From: Podospora anserina
Lineage: Eukaryota
Direction of reading: 5' to 3'
Assembly: GCA_017654855.1 (NCBI GenBank)
Contig: CM030332.1
Location: 434,001-498,000, forward strand
Length of the DNA stretch: 64,000 nucleotides
Position 1 is the stretch's first letter. Each line of letters begins with the position of its first letter. Under the pieces are notes generated by a model, which was not told the DNA's origin, searched no databases, and was given only the letters and a program-made list of their open reading frames with translations. The position numbers and the translations under genes are program-made. Positions 45,981-58,393 of this stretch are shown here, in pieces.

Positions 45981-46587
45981 CTACATCAGGCTCTCGATAT
46001 TAGGATGATCCCTGAGCAAATTCAATATGGGCAGAAAAAACTTTTGCTCCCCTTGTTGACCGCTCCCACTTCCACCGGTATCCCCACCTATCAGCGCCTT
46101 GACGTCAGACCAACTCTTCCAGAACCACCCTGCGCATTTCTCAGGCTCCAGTACCTGTGGTAAGATTTATTAGCCTCATGTATTTGTTTCTGGCTGTGCA
46201 AAGAAAAGACCAGCATCACTTACAGCCGGTTCCTGGTCATCGGTTCTCTCGCAGAGTATGAACAAAGTGATGTAATGCTTCTTCTCCTCGTCAAACACAT
46301 CGTTGGTTGTGGCCAGCAACTTCTTGGCCCTGACTAGCAATCCAGTCTCCTCGAGCGTTTCTCTTTCAGCGCAAGCGAACCACGACTCGCCTACCTCCAG
46401 GTGACCGCCCGGGAATTGTATCGTTCCTTGAAAATTGCATGAGTAGGATGCCTCAATACTCGAAAGATAATTTGTTAGGAAGCATACCATTTCCGTGAGA
46501 GGCCTTTCTTGTCCCAAAGATCAACTTGTTGGTCTTGGGGTCGTGAATCACAGCTGCGACACCCACACGAACAACTGGAGTAGCCAT
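45981..46587 (-). CDS. Nudix hydrolase (NUDT15/MTH2-like)
   Basis: Exons 46587-46488, 46426-46224 and 46154-45981. VRVGVAAVI...[37 protein letters not shown] (Nudix box), HYITLF, LEPEKCAGWFW, FLPILNL. Confidence 0.93.
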
Positions 46588-48177
46588 GTTGAGTTGACTT
46601 GAGAGAACTTTTTGGGCAGTCAGACACAGCAGACACAGCGCATATCAAAGCTAGAAGATCTCTGAGATTCCGCAGCAATATGCCTGTTGTCCTCTCTACT
46701 CAGCCCCTGGCTTTCTTACAGGCACACAGAGAGGTTCTTCGGAAAGGGTGCATTCATAGCCCTTGATGAGACTTTTGCTTACAACGCCAGCTGCCCGTCA
46801 GTTGGCCATACGGTAGGATAGAGAAAACGCCAAGTGCCAAGACTCTGCTGTCATCCGGTGCCAAGTACTTGGCTTTTCCCTTGACAAAGACGGCATCATC
46901 TCATTTAACTGGACCACTTGGACTTCTACCATTGTCAACACCTAACTCCAAGTGTTACATACCTAACCCTCTTCCCGCAGTCTCAGCGGTGTCTGTTGAC
47001 AAAGTATCATCTTTTCGAGGTGCATGACTCACCTGTGAGGAATTGAAACCATGAAGGAATCATGGGACTCAAGATTATCGTGTTATCTGCTAACCGTTGA
47101 GGTTGTGGAAGGCTCATACGCAAGGCTTTTATTAAAGGAATAGCTTAACTTCCTCCGGCTCCCTTTCATATCCGGCGGATATGTTGATGCTGCACAAGGC
47201 AGCATCCAGCCTACTATCAGATAGTTCTAGGGGACCTTGATTCCAAAACTATCTCAGCCAAATCCGCCAGAGCTGAGAAGGAAAATGAGCGTATTGCCGT
47301 TCATGGGGGTATAAAAGCCTTCAAAAATATCAATCATCATATAGACACCCAAAATGCGAGGTAAGTCCAGAAACCCATGGCACCTCCTCATGATCTCGAT
47401 TCTCGATATGGCTCAGAGTCTGTGTTCCTCACGCCTCCGACCTGATGTATCTGCAAGGTCACCTCCACTAGTCTCGTCAACGCACATAAAGGAGGGCCAA
47501 GTCCCTTGCGCACTCCCCAGCGGCACCTCAATACGAGCTGACTAGACCGAGCCGCGGAACGGTCCGGACCCCAGGCCGGAGGGTCTTGCCTAGTACAGAA
47601 GGCAGAGCTAAAAGGCTCGCGTGGGCTTGCAGTTCGGAGATGGACGGGAGGGATGCTTTTACCGACCCAATCGGCACGCTTTATCTCTACACACTGTGCT
47701 ATCGGTACGCTATCGGGACATGTCACAATGCTCGAATTCGCACAGAAACTTTTAACGCCAAAAGCGTCACCCAGTGACGAGTAACATACTGTAGTATCGC
47801 ATCCTCACACTAGGCTGTTAGTGGGCAAGATCATCTTGTAAGTGCCAGATACACAGTATGCTGAGGAAAATCGAAACAGATCACAGATTTCTACCACGCT
47901 TATCTATTGGTCGAAACCCGACTGACATCTTCTACAGCGGGCGCTAGAAACCAACAAGCTTTCGCTGGTGACTCGACGGCCCTAAGACGGGGATTGTTTG
48001 CCATGACATTAAAGCGGTCAGTCGCAGGGCTCGTGTTTGCAATTGCAAGACCATGGCCGAGATATTCTTAAAATAAAAGTTGACTTAACATAATATTCTT
48101 CTCCGTAGGCATTCATCTTGGAGCCGTACTTGATTTCGTCCCAACGCCTGATATCTTTGGAATCATATTATCCCACC

Positions 48178-50013
48178 ATGTCGACACCCGCCCAACCATC
48201 TGCTGCAGATAGCCCTGAGACGGAAAAGCAGAAGTCTGACAAGGGCGAAATTGGCCCCGTCAATGCCACTTCGCCAGACGATTTGGACAAAGAGCAACCA
48301 CAAGTCACAGACGATGGCGAACCAGTCAACCCCAATCACATCAATGGCCGCTCTCAAGGCAAGATCGCCCTGATTATGCTGGCTTTGTGCCTGGCTGTCT
48401 TCCTCGGCGCTCTAGACGTAACCATCGTCACTACGGCCCTTCCTACAATCAGTGACCACTTCCAGTCAAGTACAGGCTTCACATGGATTGGTTCTGCGTT
48501 TCTGCTCGCCAATGCCGCATCAATCCCGTCATGGGGCAAGATCTCAGACATATTCGGCCGCAAGCCCATGCTCCTGCTTGCCAACGCCATCTTCATGATT
48601 GGATCTCTTATCTGCGCTGTCTCCAACAACATTGGTATGCTCATCGCTGGCCGCGCTGTTCAGGGTCTTGGTGGGGGTGGTTTGACCATTCTTGTAAAGA
48701 TTGTTATCGGCGACATCTTCCCTCTGAACATTCGGAGTGTTTTCTATGGTGTCATCGGCGGTGTTTGGGCAGTCGCTGCGGCAACAGGTCCGGCCATTGG
48801 TGGTGCGTTTACTGAGAAGGTGTCATGGCGATGGTATGTTCAAGCTCACTCAGGCCAGTTAACCTTTGCTAATAGATCTAGGTGCTTTTACATCAACCTC
48901 CCTCTTGACGGTTTTGCCTTCCTCATTATCCTCTTTTTTCTCGATCTCCACACACCACGGACACCGCTCATTGAAGGCCTCAAAGCTATCGACTGGGTGG
49001 GCTCTTTTTTGGTAGTTGCCGGCACGCTCATGTTCCTCTTCGGTCTTGAATACGGCGGTGTTTCAGCACCTTGGAACTCGGTTGAAGTTATCTGCCTTCT
49101 CGTCTTTGGCCTGCTCACCTGGGCGCTTTTCATCTTCTGGGAGGCGCGTTACGCCACACTTCCTGTCATGCCAATGTCCTTGTTCAGAAACGTGAGCAAC
49201 GCCGCGACCCTCTTCTGCGTCTTCATTCAAGGAGTCGTCTTTATCTCGGCATCCTTCTTCCTCCCGCTCTACTTTCAGGCCGTGCGTGGAAACACCCCTA
49301 TCGAGTCAGGTCTTTACGTTCTCCCTACCGCTCTCTCGCTCTCCTTTGGGAGTCTCGCGACCGGATGGCTGGTTGCGAGAACCGGTTGGTACAGACCGCC
49401 CATCATTTTCGGGTTGTTCATGATGACCCTCGGTTTTGGCTTGTTCATCGACCTGGACGCCTACAGTGGCTGGGCAAAACTTGTTCTCTACCAGCTTGTG
49501 GCAGGTGTGGGTGTTGGCCCCCTCTTTCAAGCGCCTATCATCGCCCTCCACGCACATACTGAACCTCGTGATGTCGCAACCGCCACATCAACCCTCGGCT
49601 TCATCCGTCAGATTGCCCAGGCCATCTCTGTTGTTATCGGCCAGGTGGTCTATCAAAACGAAAAACTCAAACAGTACCCCGTCCTGGTCGCCGCTGGCAT
49701 CTCCCCTGCTCTGTCAAGGGTCCTTTCTTCCGGAGAGGCTGGTGGCGCTGACATCGACATCATCGCGAACCTTCCGTTAGACCAACGCGACGCTGTCCGT
49801 GTTGCTCTGGCAGACTCTCTCGAGCCCATGTGGATCATGTACACTTGTATCACGGCCGCTGGCTTACTCGCTTCCTTCCTGATCCGGAAGAAGGTGTTGA
49901 CCGATGTGCATGTAGAAACCAAGACTGGGTTGGAAGCTGAACGTGAGAATGCGGAGGCTCGACGTCGTGAGCGTGAAATGAGGAAGGAGAAGAAGGGGGC
50001 ATCACCGGCTTGA
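48178..50013 (+). CDS. MFS drug:H+ antiporter (14-TM DHA2-type)
   Basis: LDVTIVTTALPTI, WGKISDIFGRK, GRAVQGLGGGG, GPAIGGAF, and WRWCFYINLP after removing intron 48834-48881. Confidence 0.95.
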   Translation: MSTPAQPSAADSPETEKQKSDKGEIGPVNATSPDDLDKEQPQVTDDGEPVNPNHINGRSQGKIALIMLALCLAVFLGALDVTIVTTALPTISDHFQSSTGFTWIGSAFLLANAASIPSWGKISDIFGRKPMLLLANAIFMIGSLICAVSNNIGMLIAGRAVQGLGGGGLTILVKIVIGDIFPLNIRSVFYGVIGGVWAVAAATGPAIGGAFTEKVSWRWYVQAHSGQLTFANRSRCFYINLPLDGFAFLIILFFLDLHTPRTPLIEGLKAIDWVGSFLVVAGTLMFLFGLEYGGVSAPWNSVEVICLLVFGLLTWALFIFWEARYATLPVMPMSLFRNVSNAATLFCVFIQGVVFISASFFLPLYFQAVRGNTPIESGLYVLPTALSLSFGSLATGWLVARTGWYRPPIIFGLFMMTLGFGLFIDLDAYSGWAKLVLYQLVAGVGVGPLFQAPIIALHAHTEPRDVATATSTLGFIRQIAQAISVVIGQVVYQNEKLKQYPVLVAAGISPALSRVLSSGEAGGADIDIIANLPLDQRDAVRVALADSLEPMWIMYTCITAAGLLASFLIRKKVLTDVHVETKTGLEAERENAEARRREREMRKEKKGASPA

Positions 50014-50362
50014 TATGTTGGTAGTTTACAGGATAGAGGATGGGGCACCGCTGCGTTGCGTGCACCACCAATTCTCTGTGTAAACAGAGCAGCTGTTCCA
50101 AGTGTTCTATACGGAGTACATGGGGTAGCTTTGCAGATACCTCACCATAGAGCACCCCCTGAACCTCTGACTCCCCCCTTCCCCCCAGCCGGCCGGCAAC
50201 CAACTGCCGAACCCACCAAGCATAACCCTTGCCACCATTCCACCCATCAAGCAAAACCCGACCAAACCTTGTTTCCGCATGCACACAAGAGTCAGGAATC
50301 ACACCCGCATGAAAACCCTTTCTTCCATCCCGGAACACCAACAACAACAACAGACAAAACCA

Positions 50363-50474
50363 GCCCGGCTAGCGCAATGGTAGCGCGTAAGACTTCTACT
50401 TTCTCTCTTCTGATCTCATATGAGTTGGATTCAAAGTGATCTTAAGGCTGTGGGTTCGAGTCCCACGTCGGGCT
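50363..50474 (+). tRNA. trnR-UCU: tRNA-Arg (anticodon TCT) with 40-nt intron
   Basis: Acceptor stem GCCCGGC/GTCGGGC; D arm GCGC-AATGGTA-GCGC; anticodon stem TAAGA/TCTTA with loop CT-TCT-A; intron 50399-50438; T arm GTGGG-TTCGAGT-CCCAC; T-rich Pol III terminator follows. Confidence 0.95.
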
Positions 50475-51081
50475 TTCTTTTTGCTTTTTTGTGACTCGAC
50501 ACACATGAAAAAGCAACTACCTTACTTTGTTCATTGTGATGTTTCTTTTTCTCAAAGGACCTGGTCCTTATCCTCACTATTGCCGAGGTTGCCATATCCT
50601 AAAGATCCATCCCCCGCTTGCCTCCCAACCTTCACACTGCTCACTCACAAAAGCCATCATGCATCAACATCTCATTATCATTCTAACATTATCTGCCTCC
50701 CCTCGTCCCCAACATACAAAAAAGAAAAAAGGGTATCAAGCAGACCTTTTGTTACCCGCTTTCTTTTCTTTCCTCAGGTGTTTTCCCATCATCACTTATC
50801 CTCACCCAAAATATCTACTCAATGCCCAATATCTTCCCCTTCAATCCACAACCCCAACCCAACGAAGGATGACCCTGTTCACTATCCTGCTAGATAATTC
50901 CCTCAAACCAAATAATAAACCACGCCAGAAATGTACTCCCATTTACACAAGTTCAATATGCAAGAGCCCCCACCGTTTCTTTTCCATTTTTTTTCACTAA
51001 ACCGCCCCTCAAAAAAAGGAAAAAGTTTCATCCCTCATAAACATATCCTCATCACATAAAATACCACAGTCATGTACAACC

Positions 51082-54000
51082 TCACCTCAACCCACCAGGC
51101 CCCTTCTCCACAACAAACCTCACCGGCCTCCTCAAACTCTTATTCACCACCCCCCGTGGCGGAATAACAGGCCTCATAACCGGCCCAGGACCCAAAGGCT
51201 TGACCCCCGGCAATGGTGGCGGTCCCATATTCGTCCTTATATTCCCCCCTCTAGACACCCTCCCACCCCCACCGACACTCCCATATCCGACTCCTCCAGG
51301 CCCCATCTTTCCCCCAGGTGTATTCCGCACGCTACTAATCCCATTCTGCGATCCAATGACCCAAGCCTCCCCATTTTTTCCCCTCTGCTCACTAACGCCA
51401 TTCCGCTCATCATACCCCCACCTCCCCACGCCGCCCCCAATCAACCAGCTCCCCAGGTTCTTGCACTGGCTCACGTCAAGCCACTCCAGCGCCGGGCAGT
51501 TCTCCAGCACGTTTTCCACCCCGTTACCCGTCACTCGCACACAACCCCTGACACTCAACCCCCGGAGTTCGTTGAGGTGGAGGGAGATGCACCCCAGACT
51601 GGCGTCACTGACAGCACTACCGCAAAACGCGAGACGGAGTTCCTTCAGATTGGGCAGACCAATCGAAACAACTTCAGTTGCCGTGTCGGAGAGCGCGCAG
51701 CAAAAACTCAAGTCGAGGTGTGTAAGCCCCTTGGCGGCGTTGACAAGGGCAATGATGCTGTTGTCAGAGAGGTAGGTACAGTCAGCCAGGCACAAGTGGG
51801 TGAGCTCGGTGAACCGATAGGCTCCCCACTGCTGGAACCCGGCGTCGGTGATAGAGGTGCATCGGGTGAGGGAAAGAGACTCGAGGCGATTGGACGCATG
51901 AGCAGCCAAGTGCGCCATGGAGCGGTCCGTAATGTGCTTGCAATACGAGAGGTTAAGGCGGCGGAGACGGGGACAGCCGATGACCGTGCCTGGAGGTGGA
52001 GGTTGAGGCGCTCCTGGTTGTCCGGCCTGTTGCTGTCCTCGTTGTTGGTACTGCGAGGATCTCCTGCCCTTCGCAGCAGAGCTAGAGATTACCACATTCT
52101 TGTGGTTCTCGCGTGGTGGCGGTGGTTCAGGCACCACCCAGCCCACTACCCTAGCAAGGAGGTTGTCGCCGACTTTGCGGCAGTTGCTCCAATCCACCTC
52201 CTCAAGCCCCTTGGCATTCTCGCTCATATCCAAAATGAGACCGGCAGACACGTCCCACACGCTGCGCATTTTCCACACCTTGATATTGCTGCCGCACGAT
52301 CGGTACAATGCCTGGAAGCCCTCGTCGGTGATGTGGAAGCAGTTGCTGATATCTATTTTGCTTGGCCGCTGCCCAATAAAGGGCGCTAGGATATTGACCA
52401 AAGCCCAGTCATTGACTTTCCGATTGAACGGAGCGAGATCAATCTCGGTGCATAGGTTCGGACTCGTAGTCAACAGCTGACGCCACTTTCTACTGACGGC
52501 TCTCAATCGTATGAGCTCAAGCAGATCAAGGTGCTGAAAAACATGTACCCAAAGGTCATCTGATATGGCCGTTATCCTATCGCCTGGTTTCGTCGCGGAG
52601 CTCCGTGAAAGGGTCCTTGCGCGCTTAGCTGGTAGAGGACAGCCATCCGGAGAAACCGGGGATAGCGGCACCGTGATAGAAGTGACCGGCTGCACCTTCA
52701 CGGGGCTGACGATGGCCGAGTTGTCTGTTTGAGGAACCGGTGGGGCCAGCGAGTTGCGACGCCGGTTACGAAGATTCTCCATGTCCACACTTAAAAAAGG
52801 ATCCGGGTCAGACGGCTGTCTGGTGACATCTGAATCTTCACTTGCTGGGGAGCCGGGCTTGGATGGCGTCGTGAAGGTGACAGTCGGCAACGCCACCTCT
52901 ATCTCATTCGATGTGGGCTTCTCTTCATCCGACGATAGCGCATGGCTTTCGGGGTCAGTCATATCCACGTCTTCGTCCGAAGAATGGTAGCGTTGCTTTG
53001 CTGTTTCTTCCACCTGTGACCTGACCTCCGGAGGACATCTCCTCCACAACTCTTCAAGCGCATCCCCACCAATCATCAGGCATTCTACGGCTGTGATGGA
53101 TCGGACAGTAGCTGTTCTACCCTCTGCAAGCCCCAAGCTTGCCACCTCACCAAAATACTGGCCTTGTTTTAACCTTGGCCGCAAAAATGCTGACCTCGTG
53201 TCTCGCTTGAAGGCTGGTGGGCTCAGAGGTTCGTGAATGACTTCAGCTTCTCCCCGGACGATGAAGAAGATCTCATTTCCAGGGCTCCCTTGACGGACAA
53301 TGTCGGTGAACGGTGAGTATGACTTTGGTTGTGCACTGAGGCCAAGGAAGTGCAAGATATCCGGAGGCAGGTTCGAGAAAAGAGGTAGCTCTTTGAGTGT
53401 TTTTCGGACGTTGACATAGCCGCCGCCGAGTGCGCTTCCACCAACTGTTGGATCCTCAATGACGCCTGGACTTGGAGACTTTCGCTTTTTGGTGTTGACA
53501 ACGGCTCCCTCTTTGATGATACCAACTTCTCCTGTGCTAACCTCCCCAGGCACAGCTTCACGGGCTAATTGTGCGCCATTCGTGTCGGGAAGTCTGCTGC
53601 TCAGTCCGCTTTCTTGACGCTTCTTCTTGAGGATGGACAGTCTCTCCTGTGCTTCTTGACGGATAGCTGTACCCATTTCTGGATATTTGGGCAGCTCAGC
53701 TTGAAGATCCTCCTTCTTCAACACGGCCAGCATGCACTTCGTCCGCGCAACGATGGTAGCAGTTCTCGGCATGTCCATCAAAACCCCGATTTCTCCAAAG
53801 AAGGCACCGGGCTTCAGCTCTGCATAAACGGCCTCACCGTCACGAGATGTGACAGCAACAACGCCCCGGACTAGCCAATACATTGCTTTCGCTTCGTCTC
53901 CCTCGGTAAGGATGTGGTCATGGGCGGAATGGAGTTGGAGTTTGAGATGGGAGATGATGGCGGCAAGGAAATCGTCGGGGGCAGACATGAAGAGTGGAAA

Positions 54001-54234
54001 GGAACGTATGCGATCCACCAAGTCGAGGGGCATGTCGGGAATGGTGGAAGCAGTCAGTGGCGAGGGACGCACTGGTCGACTTGGGTTGGTTTCGACGTTG
54101 AACGATCTGATCACTGAAGATACCGAATCACGAGCCTGCTGTGCCGCCTGAGATGCCGCTCCATGCTGTGCATGATGGTGCGCCAGGGCCCGGTAGGGCG
54201 AGGTTGGCGGTGTCGGAGTTCGATTCCGTCGCAT
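51082..54234 (-). CDS. Two cyclic-nucleotide-binding domains + F-box + leucine-rich repeats
   Basis: 1050-aa single exon. FFGEIGVLMDMPRTATIVA and YFGEVASLGLAEGRTATVRS (cNMP); ISDDLWVHVFQHLDLLELIRLRAVSRKWRQL (F-box); repeated LxLSxCxxITD units (FBXL-type LRR). Confidence 0.95.
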   Translation of the reverse strand: MRRNRTPTPPTSPYRALAHHHAQHGAASQAAQQARDSVSSVIRSFNVETNPSRPVRPSPLTASTIPDMPLDLVDRIRSFPLFMSAPDDFLAAIISHLKLQLHSAHDHILTEGDEAKAMYWLVRGVVAVTSRDGEAVYAELKPGAFFGEIGVLMDMPRTATIVARTKCMLAVLKKEDLQAELPKYPEMGTAIRQEAQERLSILKKKRQESGLSSRLPDTNGAQLAREAVPGEVSTGEVGIIKEGAVVNTKKRKSPSPGVIEDPTVGGSALGGGYVNVRKTLKELPLFSNLPPDILHFLGLSAQPKSYSPFTDIVRQGSPGNEIFFIVRGEAEVIHEPLSPPAFKRDTRSAFLRPRLKQGQYFGEVASLGLAEGRTATVRSITAVECLMIGGDALEELWRRCPPEVRSQVEETAKQRYHSSDEDVDMTDPESHALSSDEEKPTSNEIEVALPTVTFTTPSKPGSPASEDSDVTRQPSDPDPFLSVDMENLRNRRRNSLAPPVPQTDNSAIVSPVKVQPVTSITVPLSPVSPDGCPLPAKRARTLSRSSATKPGDRITAISDDLWVHVFQHLDLLELIRLRAVSRKWRQLLTTSPNLCTEIDLAPFNRKVNDWALVNILAPFIGQRPSKIDISNCFHITDEGFQALYRSCGSNIKVWKMRSVWDVSAGLILDMSENAKGLEEVDWSNCRKVGDNLLARVVGWVVPEPPPPRENHKNVVISSSAAKGRRSSQYQQRGQQQAGQPGAPQPPPPGTVIGCPRLRRLNLSYCKHITDRSMAHLAAHASNRLESLSLTRCTSITDAGFQQWGAYRFTELTHLCLADCTYLSDNSIIALVNAAKGLTHLDLSFCCALSDTATEVVSIGLPNLKELRLAFCGSAVSDASLGCISLHLNELRGLSVRGCVRVTGNGVENVLENCPALEWLDVSQCKNLGSWLIGGGVGRWGYDERNGVSEQRGKNGEAWVIGSQNGISSVRNTPGGKMGPGGVGYGSVGGGGRVSRGGNIRTNMGPPPLPGVKPLGPGPVMRPVIPPRGVVNKSLRRPVRFVVEKGPGGLR

Positions 54235-57200
54235 GTTGTCTTGGGTAGACCGGAAGGAAGCCCTCCCAGAAGCCGATGGAGTACGGTACCTGATGAGATT
54301 ACCTAGAATGACCCCGAGTGTGACAGTGTATCGCGGGTAGCAATGGCTTCTCTCGCCCCGTGATGTCGTACAATGTAGAGGGCCCGGCTAGATCGAAATT
54401 AGGCGGTAACTGTTCATGCTATATCCAGCCAGCAACTACGACTTCCCTCACAAAAGGAAGACCAGGCACAGAGAAGTTGGGGAAACCAAGTTATGCACTC
54501 GCTTGTCCCTCGCTTGTTGAGGCTCGTCTTGGCCCGTGTGGGGAAAGAGTTGATATGGCAATGTATAGGCGGAGGCGCTGGTTTCTCAAACACACTACAA
54601 GGACGTTGGCGAATTGGATTGCGTGGGCCGATAGTTGTATGTGGAAGATCTGTTGATCGCGCAAAAACGGCTTGCGCATCCAAAGGCGCACTCGGTCTCG
54701 AACACAGTCAAGCGATTCGAAGGCCAATATCAGGCCTTCAGCAGAAGAAAGGGGCAAGGCAGCTCCTCTCGATCTTTAGTGACGGCCACGCGTAGGTTCG
54801 GAAAAGATGAGACTATAGCACCAAACTTGGTCAGTATCAATGCTTCTCCAGTGGTCCTGGCATGCCTTGCGCACCGCTTACTTGTGGTAAAAGAGCTGAA
54901 ACACCCAAAAGCTGGATGGCAAGATTGTTCGGCGATATCACAGGTCAAAGTGTGGGGTGCACCCCCAAAGACGGAAAGAACACGGGATAGAGATCAGCCA
55001 GCGAGTCGGGATGCCTATGGGTGAATCTTTGATCGATGCTGCTGTTATGCTGAACAGAGACGAGACAGAGAAGGTGGAGGGAAGCAAGGGGTAGCTCGTT
55101 GGAGACGCTGGAGTCGTTTGGGTAGAAGATGTCTCGTCTGAAAGAGTCTGAAGGACTGTTGCTCTCGCGGTTCGGAGGAAAGGCAGTGGCATTCAGCCTC
55201 GATGCTGAAGAGCCACACGCTGTGCTTTTGGCAAACAAAGATTATGGACTATAGAGGTTGTTGTTGACATGGTGAGAGGTCATGGGGACCACGACAGGTA
55301 GCCGAACGGCGTGGTAATGGATGCCGGTGCCAAGCACGGCCTTGACAACTGGAAACAACTGGGATACAATCCGGCACTTTGGCCTCCTATGTACAGCAGC
55401 AAAGGAAGCAGAAGATGGGCGTTGCGATGGCCGGCGGCGGTGGAGCTGGAGGAGACAAAATGCTCGTGCTTTGGCCGATTCGGGGGAGGTGCAGACAGTT
55501 GAAGCAGAAAGGAGCTCCGTTCTTGTCGCGTCAGAGCTCGAGATTTGCGATTTGGGTAGGCTGCGGGCAGGGGCATTGAATGCGGGGCACGGCGCGCCAG
55601 GAGGCACGCTGCCAGCAAGCAAGATGCACCAGATGCAGACGATGCAGGGGTGGGGCATGACCTGCCTTCCTCTTTGTTATCTCTGCCTCCATCAGCGATG
55701 GGAGTTGTCTCTCCTTCCTGCGACATGTGCCGCGGAACGAGGTGCTCTACCTTAATGTGGTAGCCTAACATGACCAAGCTATAAGATCCCGAGACGGGAT
55801 AGACGTTGGCGGTGCTCCCATCGCCTTGTCACTCGGGGTTCTGCCGCAAATCCAACAAAACTCCCCGTCACCTCACTACCTAGGATGATTGCACCCCACC
55901 ATGCGCCATATGGGCCATTCCTACGGGAGTGGAGGTGCTACGAGTGCTCTGTAACCGCCCATTGCGACAGATACCAGATAGGAGTAGGAGACTGATATCG
56001 CTCAGTTATGGAATCGACACAATTGACTGAGTACAGGAAGCCCAGGCTGTGGGGCGTAAACGGGCAAATGGTGGTCTCCCATCATTCTTCAGCGGCGCAA
56101 GGAGCCGTGCAGCTGAGGGCGCCATGCTGCACGATGACGAGCTCGCTCTCCCAGCTCCGCGTGGTTCCAGCTTGCCAACGGCCCGCCAGGCAGTTGCTGA
56201 AGCTCTGTTCTCCATGCCTGAACTCAGTTAACTACTCATGGATGACGGTGATTCTGGCTTCGCGTTTCAGCCTGGGTTTGGTATTGGATACCGCCCAGGA
56301 ACACTCAGGGTCCAGCGAATGCTGTGGTCACAGTGACCCCATACGCATCCGGGATGACCGGCATCTCTTCTGCCGCCTCAACCATGGATGGCCCGTGCTT
56401 TTTGTTCGAGAAGGATTCTAGCGTTGGACTGTGCGTCGGGCATGGGCCAATCTCTCCGTCTCGTCCCTGGGCTTGCCGTTGCGGACTTCTGCATATTTGA
56501 CCCTGTCACCCTCTGCCCAGCCAACCAGACCGCCAAGAGACGAACGCCTGCATCAAGACGGTGTGTTTGACAGCGTGGTTATTCTGGGAAGTCGACCAAA
56601 CACCTCTCTGATGAGCACCGTGGCACAGCATGAGGCGCGGGCTGAAAGGCTGAGTGAGAGCACGTCAAGAGGAGACATTGCGGGATTTCTAATGATATTT
56701 CTATTCTCCTAGTAGTACGGAGTAGACCTTCCATATGTAGCATCGCTTGTTAAGTAGACGACACACAAACGAAAGGACGAGCTTATATGTGGCTTGTTCG
56801 TTGAGACGAGAGAGGAAGGTGAGCTCTCCGATAAAGATGTCATGTCTTAGTTTTTTCTCATCGTCCCCGGGCTATTCAGCTCGGATCTCACGGTCTGAAA
56901 GAGTGCAAGTGGTTCAAGAGGTAGCGTTCATATCAGACTCCACCAACACCACATGGGAATTTTAGCTGAAGAATATTATCAAGTCCGCAAAGTCCATATC
57001 TCCATGGAAAAACTACCTATCTCCGAGCTGTGACTGGAAGCCGGCCCAAAACTTTGTCGTCATGAGGCCAAGATGTGTCATAGGGTTGGGGTTATTGCAG
57101 GCTGAACCCGGGTAGACGCGGGGTTGCTCGAAGCTTCCGGAAAGCTTGGGCCACCTTTTGGTGTTAGCTAAGCAAAAGCCCACCTCGAAACGTCATCTTC

Positions 57201-57305
57201 ATTTTGCCTTTCGCCCTGGTGATGCACCACCGTTAAAAGTCCCTAGATCACACAACTCCTATTGGCGCCGTCATCATCGAGACAGCATCGACCACAACCA
57301 GAATA

Positions 57306-58393
57306 ATGCCGTTCACACTTACGCTCCGCGCGGGGCTCGCCCCTCGTCTGGCGATGCAGTTTGCGAAGCCCCCGTCAGCAATGCGCGCCTTCCATCAATC
57401 AGCCAAGCAGAATACCTTCTTTACCTCGAGGACAGCACTCAGGTCCAAGAACAGCTCCAGCAACATTCTCGCCAGACTTCGAGGCTCCTCCCGTAGTTAC
57501 CAGCAGCAGAGCGGCTATGCATACTACGATCCTGCAGCCCGCCGCAAGGAGACGGTGCGGAAGCTCATCATCGGCGGCGCCATCTTCGGCGGCACCCTCG
57601 TCGCTGTCAATGTCATGTTCAACGGGGAGTCGAGAGAGGGTGGCATGCCCAAGTTTGAGCGCCAGTATCTCAACCAGACCTTCCTCCACACTGGTCTTGG
57701 TGTCGGTATTATCGGCATGACAGCCTATCAGATGCTCCAAAGCGGATTTGTCTACAGACTCATGCAGACCAACCCTTGGGTTGTCGGCATCGGTGGTTTG
57801 GCTCTCAGCATTGGTTCTATGATTGCTACCCGCTCCGTGGACCCTGACAAGTATGTTACTGCCAATCGTCAATCGTGTAGTTGGCAATTGCTAACCGTCC
57901 GTCTTCCAGTTATGTTCCCAAGTATGCCTTCTGGGCCGTCTTCAATGCCACCCAGGCCGCTTTCGTTGCTCCCTTGATGGTCATGGCTCCCCCTGCTCTT
58001 CTTGCCCGCGCCGGTCTCTATACAGCTGCCATGATGGGCTCCATCTCGATCGTCGGCGCTACCGCCAAGCAGGACAAGTACCTTTACATCGGCGGTCCTC
58101 TTCTCGCCGGTGCTGCCATTGTGGCCGTCTCTGGCTTCGCCCCTCTTGTTCTTCCCGCCACCGCCGTTCGCACACTCGCCGTCACCGAGAACCTCTGGCT
58201 CTGGGGTGGTCTGGCCGTCTTCGGTGGTTTCACTCTCTATGACGTGCAGAAGGTCTTGCACCACGCCCGCCTGGCTGAGCGTGGCCTCATCAAGCGCGAT
58301 CCCGTCAACGAGAGCATCAGCCTTGAGCTTGACTTCCTCAACATCTTTGTGCGCATGGTCCAGATTTTGATGATGCAGCAGAGGAGGAAGTAA
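57306..58393 (+). CDS. Mitochondrial Bax-inhibitor family protein (GHITM/MICS1-like)
   Basis: R/S-rich presequence-like N-terminus; intron 57851-57909; YLYIGGPLLAG, GGLAVFGGFTLYDVQK, DPVNESISLELDFLNIFVRMVQIL, QRRK end. Confidence 0.93.

Noticed and set aside
47310-47780. TATAAAA followed by ATGCGAG|GTAAGT, suggesting a small spliced gene
   Set aside because: The acceptors tried give immediate stops or implausible branch spacing, so no product can be supported.
41854-50013. TF + Nudix + MFS as a secondary-metabolite or resistance cluster
   Set aside because: There is no backbone biosynthetic gene in the window and no shared motif linking these genes.
54360-57100. Numerous short ORFs between the F-box gene and the GHITM-like gene
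   Set aside because: No codon bias, domains or splice-consistent models; likely divergent promoter and UTR sequence.
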